From assembly GCF_001194135.2 (NCBI RefSeq), contig NC_068981.1, positions 7,439,290 to 7,473,740 on the forward strand: a DNA stretch of 34,451 bases, given 5' to 3'. Below the pieces are notes generated by a model. It was given only the letters and a program-made list of their open reading frames with translations. It was not told the origin of the DNA and did not search any database. Position numbers and translations under genes: made by a program. Origin of the DNA: Octopus bimaculoides. Taxonomy: Eukaryota. This document shows positions 11,674-21,835 of the stretch, one piece after another; within the stretch, counting starts at the first letter, position 1, and each line of letters begins with the position of its first letter.

Positions 11674-11925
11674 ATTTTCTATAGAATTTAGAGACATCAC
11701 TGAAAGTTTTAAGATTTCTTAAATGAATACGTCTATGTAAACAATGCGATCGAAGATAGAAATGCAGGAAATGGCTGTGGATGCATATTTCAAAAGCAAT
11801 AACTCTTGAAATATGCAAATACATTCATTACGTATTTTTCTATTTTCGATCGCATTGTTTACATGACGTATTCGTGTAAGAAACGGCGTCACTTTCAGTG
11901 CTCTCTCTGGAATTCTATAGAAAAT
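11674..11925. mobile_element. Foldback/MITE-like palindromic element
   Basis: Left half ATTTTCTATAGAATT...CACTGAAAGT...GAATACGTC.ATGTAAACAATGCGATCGAA...GCATATTTCAA is mirrored as a reverse complement in the right half, around a short central loop near 11800. Confidence 0.8.
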
Positions 11926-12169
11926 CTGGAAAGACAAAACTTAAAAGTATAAACAATGATGTAATTGTCATCACGTGATAAGGCTTTTACTGTTACCACC
12001 AGATAAATATGGATGCAGCTGTCATCACTTCATAAATAGAGATGTGTCGTCAGCGCATAAATATAAACGGAACTGTCATCAGGTTTTTGCAGGCAGCACG
12101 AGAAACGAAATGGTTTCCTTTGAGATTCGTAAATGAATAGCAGGTAAAGATGATAAAAACTGGAATTGT

Positions 12170-12210
<41 letters not shown>

Positions 12211-12775
12211 CCACCACCNNNNNNNNNNNNNNNNNNNNNNNNNNNNNNNNNNNNNNNNNNNNNNNNNNNNNNNNNNNNNNNNNNNNNNNNNNNNNNNNNN
12301 NNNNNNNNNNNNNNNNNNNNNNNNNNNNNNNNNNNNNNNNNNNNNNNNNNNNNNNNNNNNNNNNNNNNNNNNNNNNNNNNNNNNNNNNNNNNNNNNNNNN
12401 NNNNNNNNNNNNNNNNNNNNNNNNNNNNNNNNNNNNNNNNNNNNNNNNNNNNNNNNNNNNNNNNNNNNNNNNNNNNNNNNNNNNNNNNNNNNNNNNNNNN
12501 NNNNNNNNNNNNNNNNNNNNNNNNNNNNNNNNNNNNNNNNNNNNNNNNNNNNNNNNNNNNNNNNNNNNNNNNNNNNNNNNNNNNNNNNNNNNNNNNNNNN
12601 NNNNNNNNNNNNNNNNNNNNNNNNNNNNNNNNNNNNNNNNNNNNNNNNNNNNNNNNNNNNNNNNNNNNNNNNNNNNNNNNNNNNNNNNNNNNNNNNNNNN
12701 NNNNNNNNNNNNNNNNNNNNNNNNNNNNNNNNNNNNNNNNNNNNNNNNNNNNNNNNNNNNNNNNNNNNNNNNNNN

Positions 12776-12812
<37 letters not shown>

Positions 12813-13560
12813 ATGATATCTATCTATCTATCTCTCTATATGTAGTCACATAATATATATATATATTTGTGTATGTGTGTGTGTATGTGTATGTATGTAT
12901 ATTAAAAATATATAGGATGGTGTATAGATAATTGTTTCACATGGTTATGAGAGGCACGCACACATATCTACGCACACATAAACGTACGTAAGCTCCTCTC
13001 ACAGACTCACGCACACAAACATTTTAGAAAGTAATATACATGCATTTATATGCATACGTTTGCATAAAACAAAATAACATTGTGTGTGTGTGTATAAGTG
13101 TGTGTGTGTGTAAGTATGTGTGTGTGTGAATGTGTGTGTGTGTATAAGTGTGTGTGTCTGTGTAAGTGTGTTTGTGGACACGCACACAGATAAGAAACCA
13201 GACTGAATTTAATCAGAAAGAAAACCTCTCCTCGAATGTGTGTGTGCGTGCATGTGTAAGTGCTTGTGTGTATATGTGTATGTGTTTGTGTGTGTGTGTG
13301 TGCATGTGTGTATGGACGCATATGCGTCGACATGTTTGCAGTTGACAATTAACTACTTGAAAGCCGATGCTGGTTTGTTTATGTTACTGCAACTAGCTGT
13401 TCGGCAGAATAATGATCAGATTGAGGAATCTAAGAAGTCCACTGGTCTGATTGATTATATCCTTTACTTGTGGGTCAAATAAAGGACCGGCCAAATACGG
13501 GGCGGCGGGGTGGGGGAAGGCCCTAAGGAATTGATTAACTCCTTCACGTTCGGACATCCT

Positions 13561-13780
13561 GGCGTTGCTGTGAGGTAGAAAATTTGCCTCTCAATCACAT
13601 GGTTCCAGGTTCAGTCCCACTCCATGGCACATTGGGCAAATATATTAGGCCTCAGCCAAACAGGCTTTAAAAAGATCTAGTAAATACTGGGATAGATTCA
13701 TTTGACTAAAACTTCTTCAAGGTGGTGCCCCAGCATGACCGCAATCTAATGATTGAAACAAGTAAAAGATAAAAGATAGA
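13561..13780 (+). mobile_element. SINE family B, internally deleted
   Basis: Head GGTTCCAGGTTCAGTCCCACT joined to tail GGTGCCCCAGCATGACCGCAATCTAATGATTGAAACAAG; the middle is missing. Confidence 0.8.
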
Positions 13781-13816
13781 GGAATGTACGTGAAACGAAT
13801 CAGAAACTGTTATTGA

Positions 13817-14007
13817 AGGCAGAGTTGTGAGAGCGTCGAACAAAATGCTTAGTGACACGTGTTTCGATTATTTGCGTTCTGAGTTCAAACCCCGCTGAGG
13901 TAAACTTTGCCCTTCATCCTTCGGGGGTCGATAAAATAAAGTACAAGTCAAGCAGTGAGATCGACTTTTCTCCTACCTTGAAAACTGCCGGCTGTTTGTG
14001 TCAAAAT
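13817..14007 (+). mobile_element. SINE family A copy
   Basis: GCGTTCTGAGTTCAAACCCCGCTGAGGTAAACTTTGCCCTTCATCCTTCGGGGGTCGATAAAATAAAGTAC matches family A and ends in (TAC)n. Confidence 0.8.
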
Positions 14008-14039
<32 letters not shown>

Positions 14040-14350
14040 GTAGTAGTAGTAGTACCACCACCACCACCACCACTACCACCACCGACAACAACAACACCAC
14101 CACCNNNNNNNNNNNNNNNNNNNNNNNNNNNNNNNNNNNNNNNNNNNNNNNNNNNNNNNNNNNNNNNNNNNNNNNNNNNNNNNNNNNNNNNNNNNNNNNN
14201 NNNNNNNNNNNNNNNNNNNNNNNNNNNNNNNNNNNNNNNNNNNNNNNNNNNNNNNNNNNNNNNNNNNNNNNNNNNNNNNNNNNNNNNNNNNNNNNNNNNN
14301 NNCACCAACACCACCACCAACACCACCACCACCACCACCACCACCACCAC
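14008..14350. repeat. Compound (TAC)n(TAG)n(ACC)n microsatellite spanning a gap
   Basis: Seen directly; gap at 14105-14302. Confidence 0.9.
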
Positions 14351-14432
14351 AAGCACCGCCACCTGTATTTATGTGTGAATCCCCTCGGAATTCTCTCCAC
14401 ACCGTTACGTTGTGTTAAAGTGACCACAGGCA

Positions 14433-14958
14433 CAGGGGCGTAGCCCGGTTCTAAACTTAGGGGCAGTGAGCACACAAAAACAGGGCGCTGTAACACATAC
14501 CAAACAATCTTTAACTCATTTCTCTTATAATATGCGAAATATTTCATTATTCATAATGAAATATGTAATTGTATTCTGCATTCATGAATTTCATGTTGCA
14601 ATAACAATGTCGTTGTGTACAAAACGTGCAGCTACTGATAAAGGTGTGACGTGAGAAAGAAGAAACTCCACCGGATCGTCCAGTGCGGAGCAGATATGAT
14701 GCCAGGGTTTGTTTTGGTTCTTCAAATGTCTGGCGATAGGAGATTGAGCAGACCGTTAAAAAAACATGGGAGGTTGATCAAATAAAGTAATGATTCCAGA
14801 ACGTTCTTTCAGGGCCATGCGATTAACGAAACTTTTATCGCACAAGTGAACTAAAGAGTAAAAAAAAAAAAAAACAATTGTTGAAAAAGCACCAATTTTG
14901 AAAAATGTGCCGTGAGGGAGCCGCTGCTCCACTTGCTCCCCTATTAACTACGCCACTC
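14433..14958 (+). mobile_element. Possible hAT deletion derivative
   Basis: Imperfect TIRs CAGGGGCGTAGC / AACTACGCCACTC. ERSFRAMRLTK at 14799-14831 resembles the hAT C-terminal dimerisation motif. No 8-bp TSD seen. Confidence 0.4.
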
Positions 14959-15265
14959 CGTTGGACAGGCTTTGCATTGCAATTCTGAAGAATGCTAACG
15001 CGAAATTGTTTCGGATTCAGCTTTACTGTCGTTTTACGAATTTTGACTTTTAGCATAGGCTTCCAGTTTCCAATAGATCACCGTTCTTTAACATTTCAAC
15101 TTTCTCTTCGTGGATTTAATATACATTTTTCCACTTATGTTTCAAAACTAAAGCAAAAACCAACGCCAGCATGATTTATTATATCCTTGGTAAATAGGGG
15201 ATTCACTTTGCTCCCGTTATTTATACTTTTAATAAAGAGGAAGGAAATCGTTATGCACACCGCTA

Positions 15266-15297
<32 letters not shown>

Positions 15298-15771
15298 NNN
15301 NNNNNNNNNNNNNNNNNNNNNNNNNNNNNNNNNNNNNNNNNNNNNNNNNNNNNNNNNNNNNNNNNNNNNNNNNNNNNNNNNNNNNNNNNNNNNNNNNNNN
15401 NNNNNNNNNNNNNNNNNNNNNNNNNNNNNNNNNNNNNNNNNNNNNNNNNNNNNNNNNNNNNNNNNNNNNNNNNNNNNNNNNNNNNNNNNNNNNNNNNNNN
15501 NNNNNNNNNNNNNNNNNNNNNNNNNNNNNNNNNNNNNNNNNNNNNNNNNNNNNNNNNNNNNNNNNNNNNNNNNNNNNNNNNNNNNNNNNNNNNNNNNNNN
15601 NNNNNNNNNNNNNNNNNNNNNNNNNNNNNNNNNNNNNNNNNNNNNNNNNNNNNNNNNNNNNNNNNNNNNNNNNNNNNNNNNNNNNNNNNNNNNNNNNNNN
15701 NNNNNNNNNNNNNNNNNNNNNNNNNNNNNNNNNNNNNNNNNNNNNNNNNNNNNNNNNNNNNNNNNNNNNNN

Positions 15772-15808
<37 letters not shown>

Positions 15809-16068
15809 CAATGAATACACACACATATATATGGACCCGCTTGCGTACTTACAATTTCTCGTCTGACACATTCAAATATATATCTATTTATGTGAGTGTG
15901 TGACTGTACTTACACACATACATATATACGTATGTATATAAACACATACATATACATACATATGCGCGCACGAATACACACAGATTTACAAGCATAAATA
16001 GAAATACATACGTATGCGCACGCATTTGTTTACTCGCAAATGAACACGCTCGCCCGTATACATATAAA

Positions 16069-16402
16069 GGCGCATGGCTCAGTGGTTAGAGCGTCGAGTT
16101 CACAATCGTGAGGTTGTGAGTTCTATCCCCGGACCGAGCTGTATGTTGTGTTCCTGAGCAAGACACTTTATTTCGCGTTGCTACAGTTCACCTAGCTGTA
16201 GAAATGAGAGCTGCAACGTCACTGGTGCCAAGTTGTATCCTCCTTTGCTTTCCCTTGGATAATATCGGTGGCATGAAGAGGGGAAGCTGATATCCATGGG
16301 CAACTGCTGGTCTTCCATAAAGAGACCTTGCCTGGACTTGTGCCCCAGAGAACTTTCTAGGTGCAATCCAATGGTCATTCATGGCCGAAAGGGGTTCTAC
16401 TA
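16069..16402 (+). mobile_element. tRNA-derived CORE-like SINE (type C2)
   Basis: A-box TGGCTCAGTGG and B-box-like GAGTTCTATCCC, then GTTGTGTTCCTGAGCAAGACACTTTA...CTAGCTGTAGAAATGAG (CORE-like). The 3' part differs from the 1243 copy. Confidence 0.85.
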
Positions 16403-17477
16403 TATATANNNNNNNNNNNNNNNNNNNNNNNNNNNNNNNNNNNNNNNNNNNNNNNNNNNNNNNNNNNNNNNNNNNNNNNNNNNNNNNNNNNNNNNNNNNN
16501 NNNNNNNNNNNNGGATGGAAACATCCAATTTTTCACTGGTTTGGCAGTTTTACAAATAATAAGCAGAGAAAAACTTTGGCACAATTCAAACGGGTATATA
16601 TTCAATAGACACAAATGAAAATCTCCCTTTTCTTTTCATATATACTTCATATATACTTTCATATATACTGTGCATGCATTTAGTATGATACATAAATGAC
16701 GAACGAACATCTCTTATAGACATACTGTGTTAAAAACAAAATAAATGACGGAGGAAAAGAAAAATTTGTCCCAACGAGGGCGCCAAATGTATTTCAGTCT
16801 TTTGGGCCCTTTTAGATATTGGATACTCGCAGCCAGCCACATGCTCAAAGATGCTCATATCTGATATAGAAAACAGGTGAACATAACATTCAATGATGCT
16901 GCGAATAACTGCCTGGCTGAATAAAAATCCGGTGTACATAATTGAAGCAGTGTTTAATCAAAATAGGTATCTATGGATCATACTTAATGGATATACACAA
17001 CATATATATGTGTGTTTGTGTGTGTGTGTGTGCGTGTGCGTGTGCGTGCGTGTGTGTGTGTGTGTGCGTGTATGTGTGTGTATGTCTGTGTGTGTGTGTG
17101 TGTATGTGTGTGTGTGTGTATGTAGTTTACTGTTCCGTTAATGTAAGATCAACAAAAATAGCTATCCATATTGTGAGGTGTAAATATCACTTGATGTACA
17201 CAGAATAAAGACAATAATAGTTTCTTGTTGTGAAGACCCGCGTCTTGTCAGGTTTTTATAACACGCCTTGTGTCTCCAAGAAATTACGAGAGAAAATGCG
17301 GAATAGGTTGAGGCAAAAGATGAAAGGGTGAATAAAAACGGGAAAAGAATAGAAGTGGGAGTCGCGTTCCCTGTGAGCGTTGAAGCCATTATTCAACTTG
17401 TTATTGTAGAATGAAACAAGGTAGAGGCATCCAAAGTCTACGAGACAGTTGCTCGATCCGGAAAGGGTGGTGTCCTC

Positions 17478-17752
17478 CAGTTTGCCCAGAAGAATTTGTC
17501 CATATATTTCCATTTGCCGAAAATTTCGGATTAGTAATTAAGTCAGGCAGTGGAATTCTTAGATCTAAAAAGAATGTGTGATTTTTCAGCTTGGCATAAG
17601 TTGCATTTCGTAGATCCATATACATATGGCATGGCTTTCTCTACGATTCTCTCCTTGATTGTATGTGGTGTACAAATAGTCTTCAACCCCCATGCGTAGT
17701 TGGCCAGTTTAGTGGCTTCACTTTTATTGATGTGCATAGCGTCTTTTGAAAT
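17478..17752 (-). mobile_element. Second, distinct Penelope-like element: endonuclease C-terminal fragment
   Basis: Across frameshifts: FKRRYAH / ATKLANYAWGLK...IKERIVEKAMPY...KCNLCQAEKSHI / SEIFGKWKYMDKF. This matches the PLE EN C-terminal pattern T.LS.Y.W.LK...A..Y....CNLC..EK..I. Confidence 0.75.
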
Positions 17753-18521
17753 ATATGTACCTATGTATGTATACATTGGTATTTATAATATAGATATAAG
17801 AAGTATATATCCGTTTAGTATTATTAGTGTGTGAGAGAGTCCATCTGTTTGTAAATGTACAGTAAATACTTTACTGATGTAATTGAATTAAACTAAAATA
17901 AGTGTGTTTTCTTTTTTCAATTCCTATAGTAATATCACTAAGTGATTATCTAAATTATATTAGACGAAATTGAATCTAACAATATAGAGTATATTAAAGC
18001 GACGTCTGATGTAAACTTGGTCGGAAATGGTTCATTTTCGGTGACGTTACTGTATGTAAAACTGATGTGGTGTATTCCTACGCGGTGCAGCGGGAAAGCT
18101 TCCGATATTATGCTCGGCCAGAATTGGTGAAACTGGGAAGACTTTTCTGATGAATGCCTAAAACAGCAGAATCTAATATTTAAGAGAATTTTGCTGATAG
18201 TGACTTTGAAGTTTCACTTACTGGAGCTTGTTCAAACTCTACGATGAACATTGTTAATGCATTACTCAATAATCCGATAATCTTCTCAGTACTTTAATCG
18301 TTCCATTTTAATCAATTCTCCTTTCCTTTGAAGGGATTTACCCAATAATTGCTATCATTCTTCACAGTTTGATGAAGCCACAACTAACAAAACTTCGAGG
18401 TCACTATCAATAAGGTAATTATAAATATAAATATTAGATGCAAACTTTTATTGAGTATTTTACTAGAGAAGGAAGTCGATGTTCAATTGTTTTTCGTGAT
18501 TCAAAGTAATTATGTAATATA

Positions 18522-18650
18522 CAGGGTGATTCATTAGTCGCCATACATAAGAACAATTTAGTTTGTTATAATAAGCAGCTTTATTTTTTTTTAACTGTTT
18601 CTTATAAAAAAATAAATTTGCCTATGTATGGTGACTGTTGAATCAGCCTG
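18522..18650. mobile_element. Tc1/mariner-type MITE (129 bp)
   Basis: TIRs CAGGGTGATTCATTAGTCGCCATACATAAG versus reverse complement CAGGCTGATTCAACAGTCACCATACATAGG, with TA on both sides (18520-21, 18651-52). Confidence 0.85.
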
Positions 18651-18758
18651 TATATATACCGTGGAAGCTCTGTTCAAAATGATGGAAATATTGATACAGA
18701 AATACTGTATATGACTTGAGATGTTTGCCTTGCCTTAACGTTTGTTGTCCTCTTTCAG

Positions 18759-18795
<37 letters not shown>

Positions 18796-18877
18796 CTTTA
18801 TTAAATTATACTTCCANNNNNNNNNNNNNNNNNNNNNNNNNNNNNNNNNNNNNNNNNNNNNNNNNNNNNNNNNNNNN

Positions 18878-18931
<54 letters not shown>

Positions 18932-18989
18932 AATCTTAGCTGCTTTCTCGTACACGAGCAAAAGCTGTTGCTAGAAACAATTACTGACA

Positions 18990-19426
18990 TGAGTCATTCC
19001 TGATGCAATGTGAGGCCCTTGTATGAATCATTATCCACCTTGGCCTCGGATCTACCACGAGGATGATTTTCAAGAGTAAAGTCACCAGACCGGAACTTCT
19101 CAAATCATCAACGTACAGTGTGCTCATTCGCCACACCTTCACTAAACACTTCATTGATGTTCCGTGGTGTCTGAGATACATTGGTTCCACGACGGAATTC
19201 ATATTCATAAACAACACAAATTTTTGATCCATCCATGGGTTCACAAAAATTGATTTACAAGAGAAAGCTCAAAATATAATCAGCCACCATGAAGTGCATC
19301 TAGAAAAGTGATGATGTAATTCTTCAATGTTGTAAAACAAGGAATTGTCAGGATGAAGCATTAGAGTTAACGACTGTCAAACTTGATGCATAAGAAAATC
19401 AGACATTTCATTTTTAATGACCTGAT
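18990..19426 (-). mobile_element. Mariner transposon 5' portion (TIR plus HTH region of transposase), degraded
   Basis: TIR-like ATCAGGTCATTAAAAATGAAATGTCTGATTTT ending at 19426. From ATG 19236: MDGSKICVVYEYEFRRGTNVSQTPRNINEVFSEGVANEHTVR**FEKFRSGDFTLENHPRGRSEAKVDND, typical of Hsmar1/cecropia-like mariner N-termini. Confidence 0.9.
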
Positions 19427-19514
19427 GTATGTATGTATGTATGTATGTATNNNNNNNNNNTTTTTAATGACCTGATGTATGTATGTATGTATGTATGTAT
19501 TATGTAGGTATGTA

Positions 19515-19767
19515 TGTACAAAGCCCGCTGGCAAAACGCTGCTCCTCTGAATGGAAACCTTACTTGCCATTGTGGTTTTGTGGCACAAAGCAAAACCGTC
19601 CACTCAAGAAGGCATATTGTAAATGATCCGCAAATTCTCAAACCTTTGCCAAAAGGCTTGCAAGGCACCACCAGGCCTCAAGAGACTTATTCGTGTTCAT
19701 AGAACATTATTATCGCTTTCTTTTGTTGAGCTCTCATCAGTCGTTCACGACGAGAGAATCCATCATG
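19515..19767 (+). mobile_element. LINE 3' end with tandem C2H2-like zinc fingers (RTE-like)
   Basis: LTCHCGFVAQSK..HSRRH, then (frameshift) CQKACKAPPGLKRLIRVH and a short 3' UTR with GTCG-TTCA-CGAC hairpin and GAATCCATCAT tail. Homologous copy at 27630-27763. Confidence 0.55.
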
Positions 19768-19994
19768 TATAAGTTGAGAACTGAAAGCGCTTGCACATTT
19801 ATTAAATCCTAGACACAATTTGTGTAATTCCTTCCTAAAGGTCAGTACCATTCTACTCTCTAAAAGGTATTTTTCTCAACCTTAACTTTTTGAAAAAAAA
19901 ATCTTTCTCTAAATATTAAAACTGTATCAAGTAATGTCCTGAATGCTCAAAATATACGTATATACATATAAACATAATACATACATACATATAT

Positions 19995-20220
19995 ATAGCT
20001 GAAATTTAGAAAAAACAAAAACAAAAGACGAAGACAGGTGGCGTAGAAAACAAAGTGAGAATTTTTTTTTTACGTTTCGACAGAAAGGAACACAGAAATA
20101 AGCAGAGAAAGAAAATAAAAAAAAGGTTTAGTGGTCAGCGATCAATCATGGCGAATGCCGGACAGAGGTAGTCAGACAGGAAAGCTAGGAAAAGGAGATA
20201 AAAAAGGTAGTGGTGATCTC
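19995..20220. mobile_element. Probable PLE pseudo-LTR-type dispersed repeat fragment
   Basis: Purine-rich segment (AAAAGACGAAGACAGG...TTACGTTTCGACAGAAAGGAACACAG...CGATCAATCATGGCGAATGCCGGACAG) containing a collapsed hammerhead-like remnant. Assignment is from recall, not from a search. Confidence 0.3.
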
Positions 20221-20315
20221 AAACTTTATCGGACGATGATATTCTAGGTGGAGCTCTAAATTCAACAATAACAATCGCACATCTGACAGCAATGCCAAGA
20301 TACATTATATATGTA

Positions 20316-20850
20316 TGGTCACTATGCAGTGTGAAATTAATAGCAGAACTCGAAGCAGTCTAGAGAAGCTACACGGTAATAGCCTCAATGCAGCAAATTA
20401 GCTTCTAAGAAAGTCTCAAGAGGCAAAGACATTATACTGTAGAACGAAAGCAAGGAAGATATGCTGTAATATATATCTGGACGATCATTGAAGGACGAGT
20501 TCCAAACTTTGGCGTTCAAATTATACAAACACCAGAACAGGGCGCCGTTGCACAATGCCTAAAATCCACTCTAACTGCCGTTAAAATACAGGGTCAGATA
20601 CCGCAATAGGTTGGCATTCAAGGGCCCACAGCTCTTTTATAACCTCCCGAAGGAGACGAGGGACCTACTTAGTTTGGATGTAGATTTCTTCAAAACTAAA
20701 CTGGATCTCCTATTTTTAAGAGTCGTAAATGAGCCAACTTCATTACAGGAAACTCCCTCATTTATCAAATGCCACCTATTAAAGGGGATTAATGAGGTGT
20801 AGCAACAAGAATTGACAGTACCCCAGCATGGCCACAGCTCTCGACCTGAA
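20316..20850 (+). mobile_element. CR1/L2-group LINE 3' end (RT C-terminus plus 3' tail), degraded
   Basis: WSLCSVKLIAELEAV*RSYT...ESLKRQRHYTVERKQGRYAVIYIWTIIEGRVPN and LAFKGPQLFYNLPKETRD...FFKTKLDLL, ending in tail CCCCAGCATGGCCACAGCTCTCGACCTGAAAC plus (TA)n. Confidence 0.8.
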
Positions 20851-20859
20851 ACTAATAAT

Positions 20860-20887
20860 ATATATGTATATATATGTATATGTATAC

Positions 20888-20920
<33 letters not shown>

Positions 20921-21783
20921 NNNNNNNNNNNNNNNNNNNNNNNNNNNNNNNNNNNNNNNNNNNNNNNNNNNNNNNNNNNNNNNNNNNNNNNNNNNNNNNN
21001 NNNNNNNNNNNNNNNNNNNNNNNNNNNNNNNNNNNNNNNNNNNNNNNNNNNNNNNNNNNNNNNNNNNNNNNNNNNNNNNNNNNNNNNNNNNNNNNNNNNN
21101 NNNNNNNNNNNNNNNNNNNNNNNNNNNNNNNNNNNNNNNNNNNNNNNNNNNNNNNNNNNNNNNNNNNNNNNNNNNNNNNNNNNNNNNNNNNNNNNNNNNN
21201 NNNNNNNNNNNNNNNNNNNNNNNNNNNNNNNNNNNNNNNNNNNNNNNNNNNNNNNNNNNNNNNNNNNNNNNNNNNNNNNNNNNNNNNNNNNNNNNNNNNN
21301 NNNNNNNNNNNNNNNNNNNNNNNNNNNNNNNNNNNNNNNNNNNNNNNNNNNNNNNNNNNNNNNNNNNNNNNNNNNNNNNNNNNNNNNNNNNNNNNNNNNN
21401 NNNNNNNNNNNNNNNNNNNNNNNNNNNNNNNNNNNNNNNNNNNNNNNNNNNNNNNNNNNNNNNNNNNNNNNNNNNNNNNNNNNNNNNNNNNNNNNNNNNN
21501 NNNNNNNNNNNNNNNNNNNNNNNNNNNNNNNNNNNNNNNNNNNNNNNNNNNNNNNNNNNNNNNNNNNNNNNNNNNNNNNNNNNNNNNNNNNNNNNNNNNN
21601 NNNNNNNNNNNNNNNNNNNNNNNNNNNNNNNNNNNNNNNNNNNNNNNNNNNNNNNNNNNNNNNNNNNNNNNNNNNNNNNNNNNNNNNNNCATATATATAT
21701 ATATATATATATATATGCGTGTGTGTGTGTGTGTATACACACACACATACATACGCACACTCAAACACACACGCATACATATG

Positions 21784-21832
<49 letters not shown>

Positions 21833-21835
21833 ACA
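20860..21835. repeat. (TA)n/(TG)n/(CA)n/(GA)n microsatellite block around a 769-N gap
   Basis: Seen directly; it explains the spurious long ORFs in the track. Confidence 0.9.

Noticed and set aside
12030-12065. Minus-strand near-YADD motif (YA..DDTSLF)
   Set aside because: It needs a frameshift, and no flanking RT motifs are convincing.
16069-16140. tRNA gene
   Set aside because: The A/B boxes continue into a CORE-like SINE body and there is no acceptor stem, so it is a SINE head.
17220-17256. Minus-strand CTGACAAGACGCGGGTCT...GAAAC near the second PLE
   Set aside because: There is a nine-nt insertion before GAAA and no helix I, so it does not fit a hammerhead.
19411-19500. Identical 40-bp direct repeat on both sides of a 10-N gap
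   Set aside because: Typical scaffolding artefact (overlapping contig ends), not a biological duplication.
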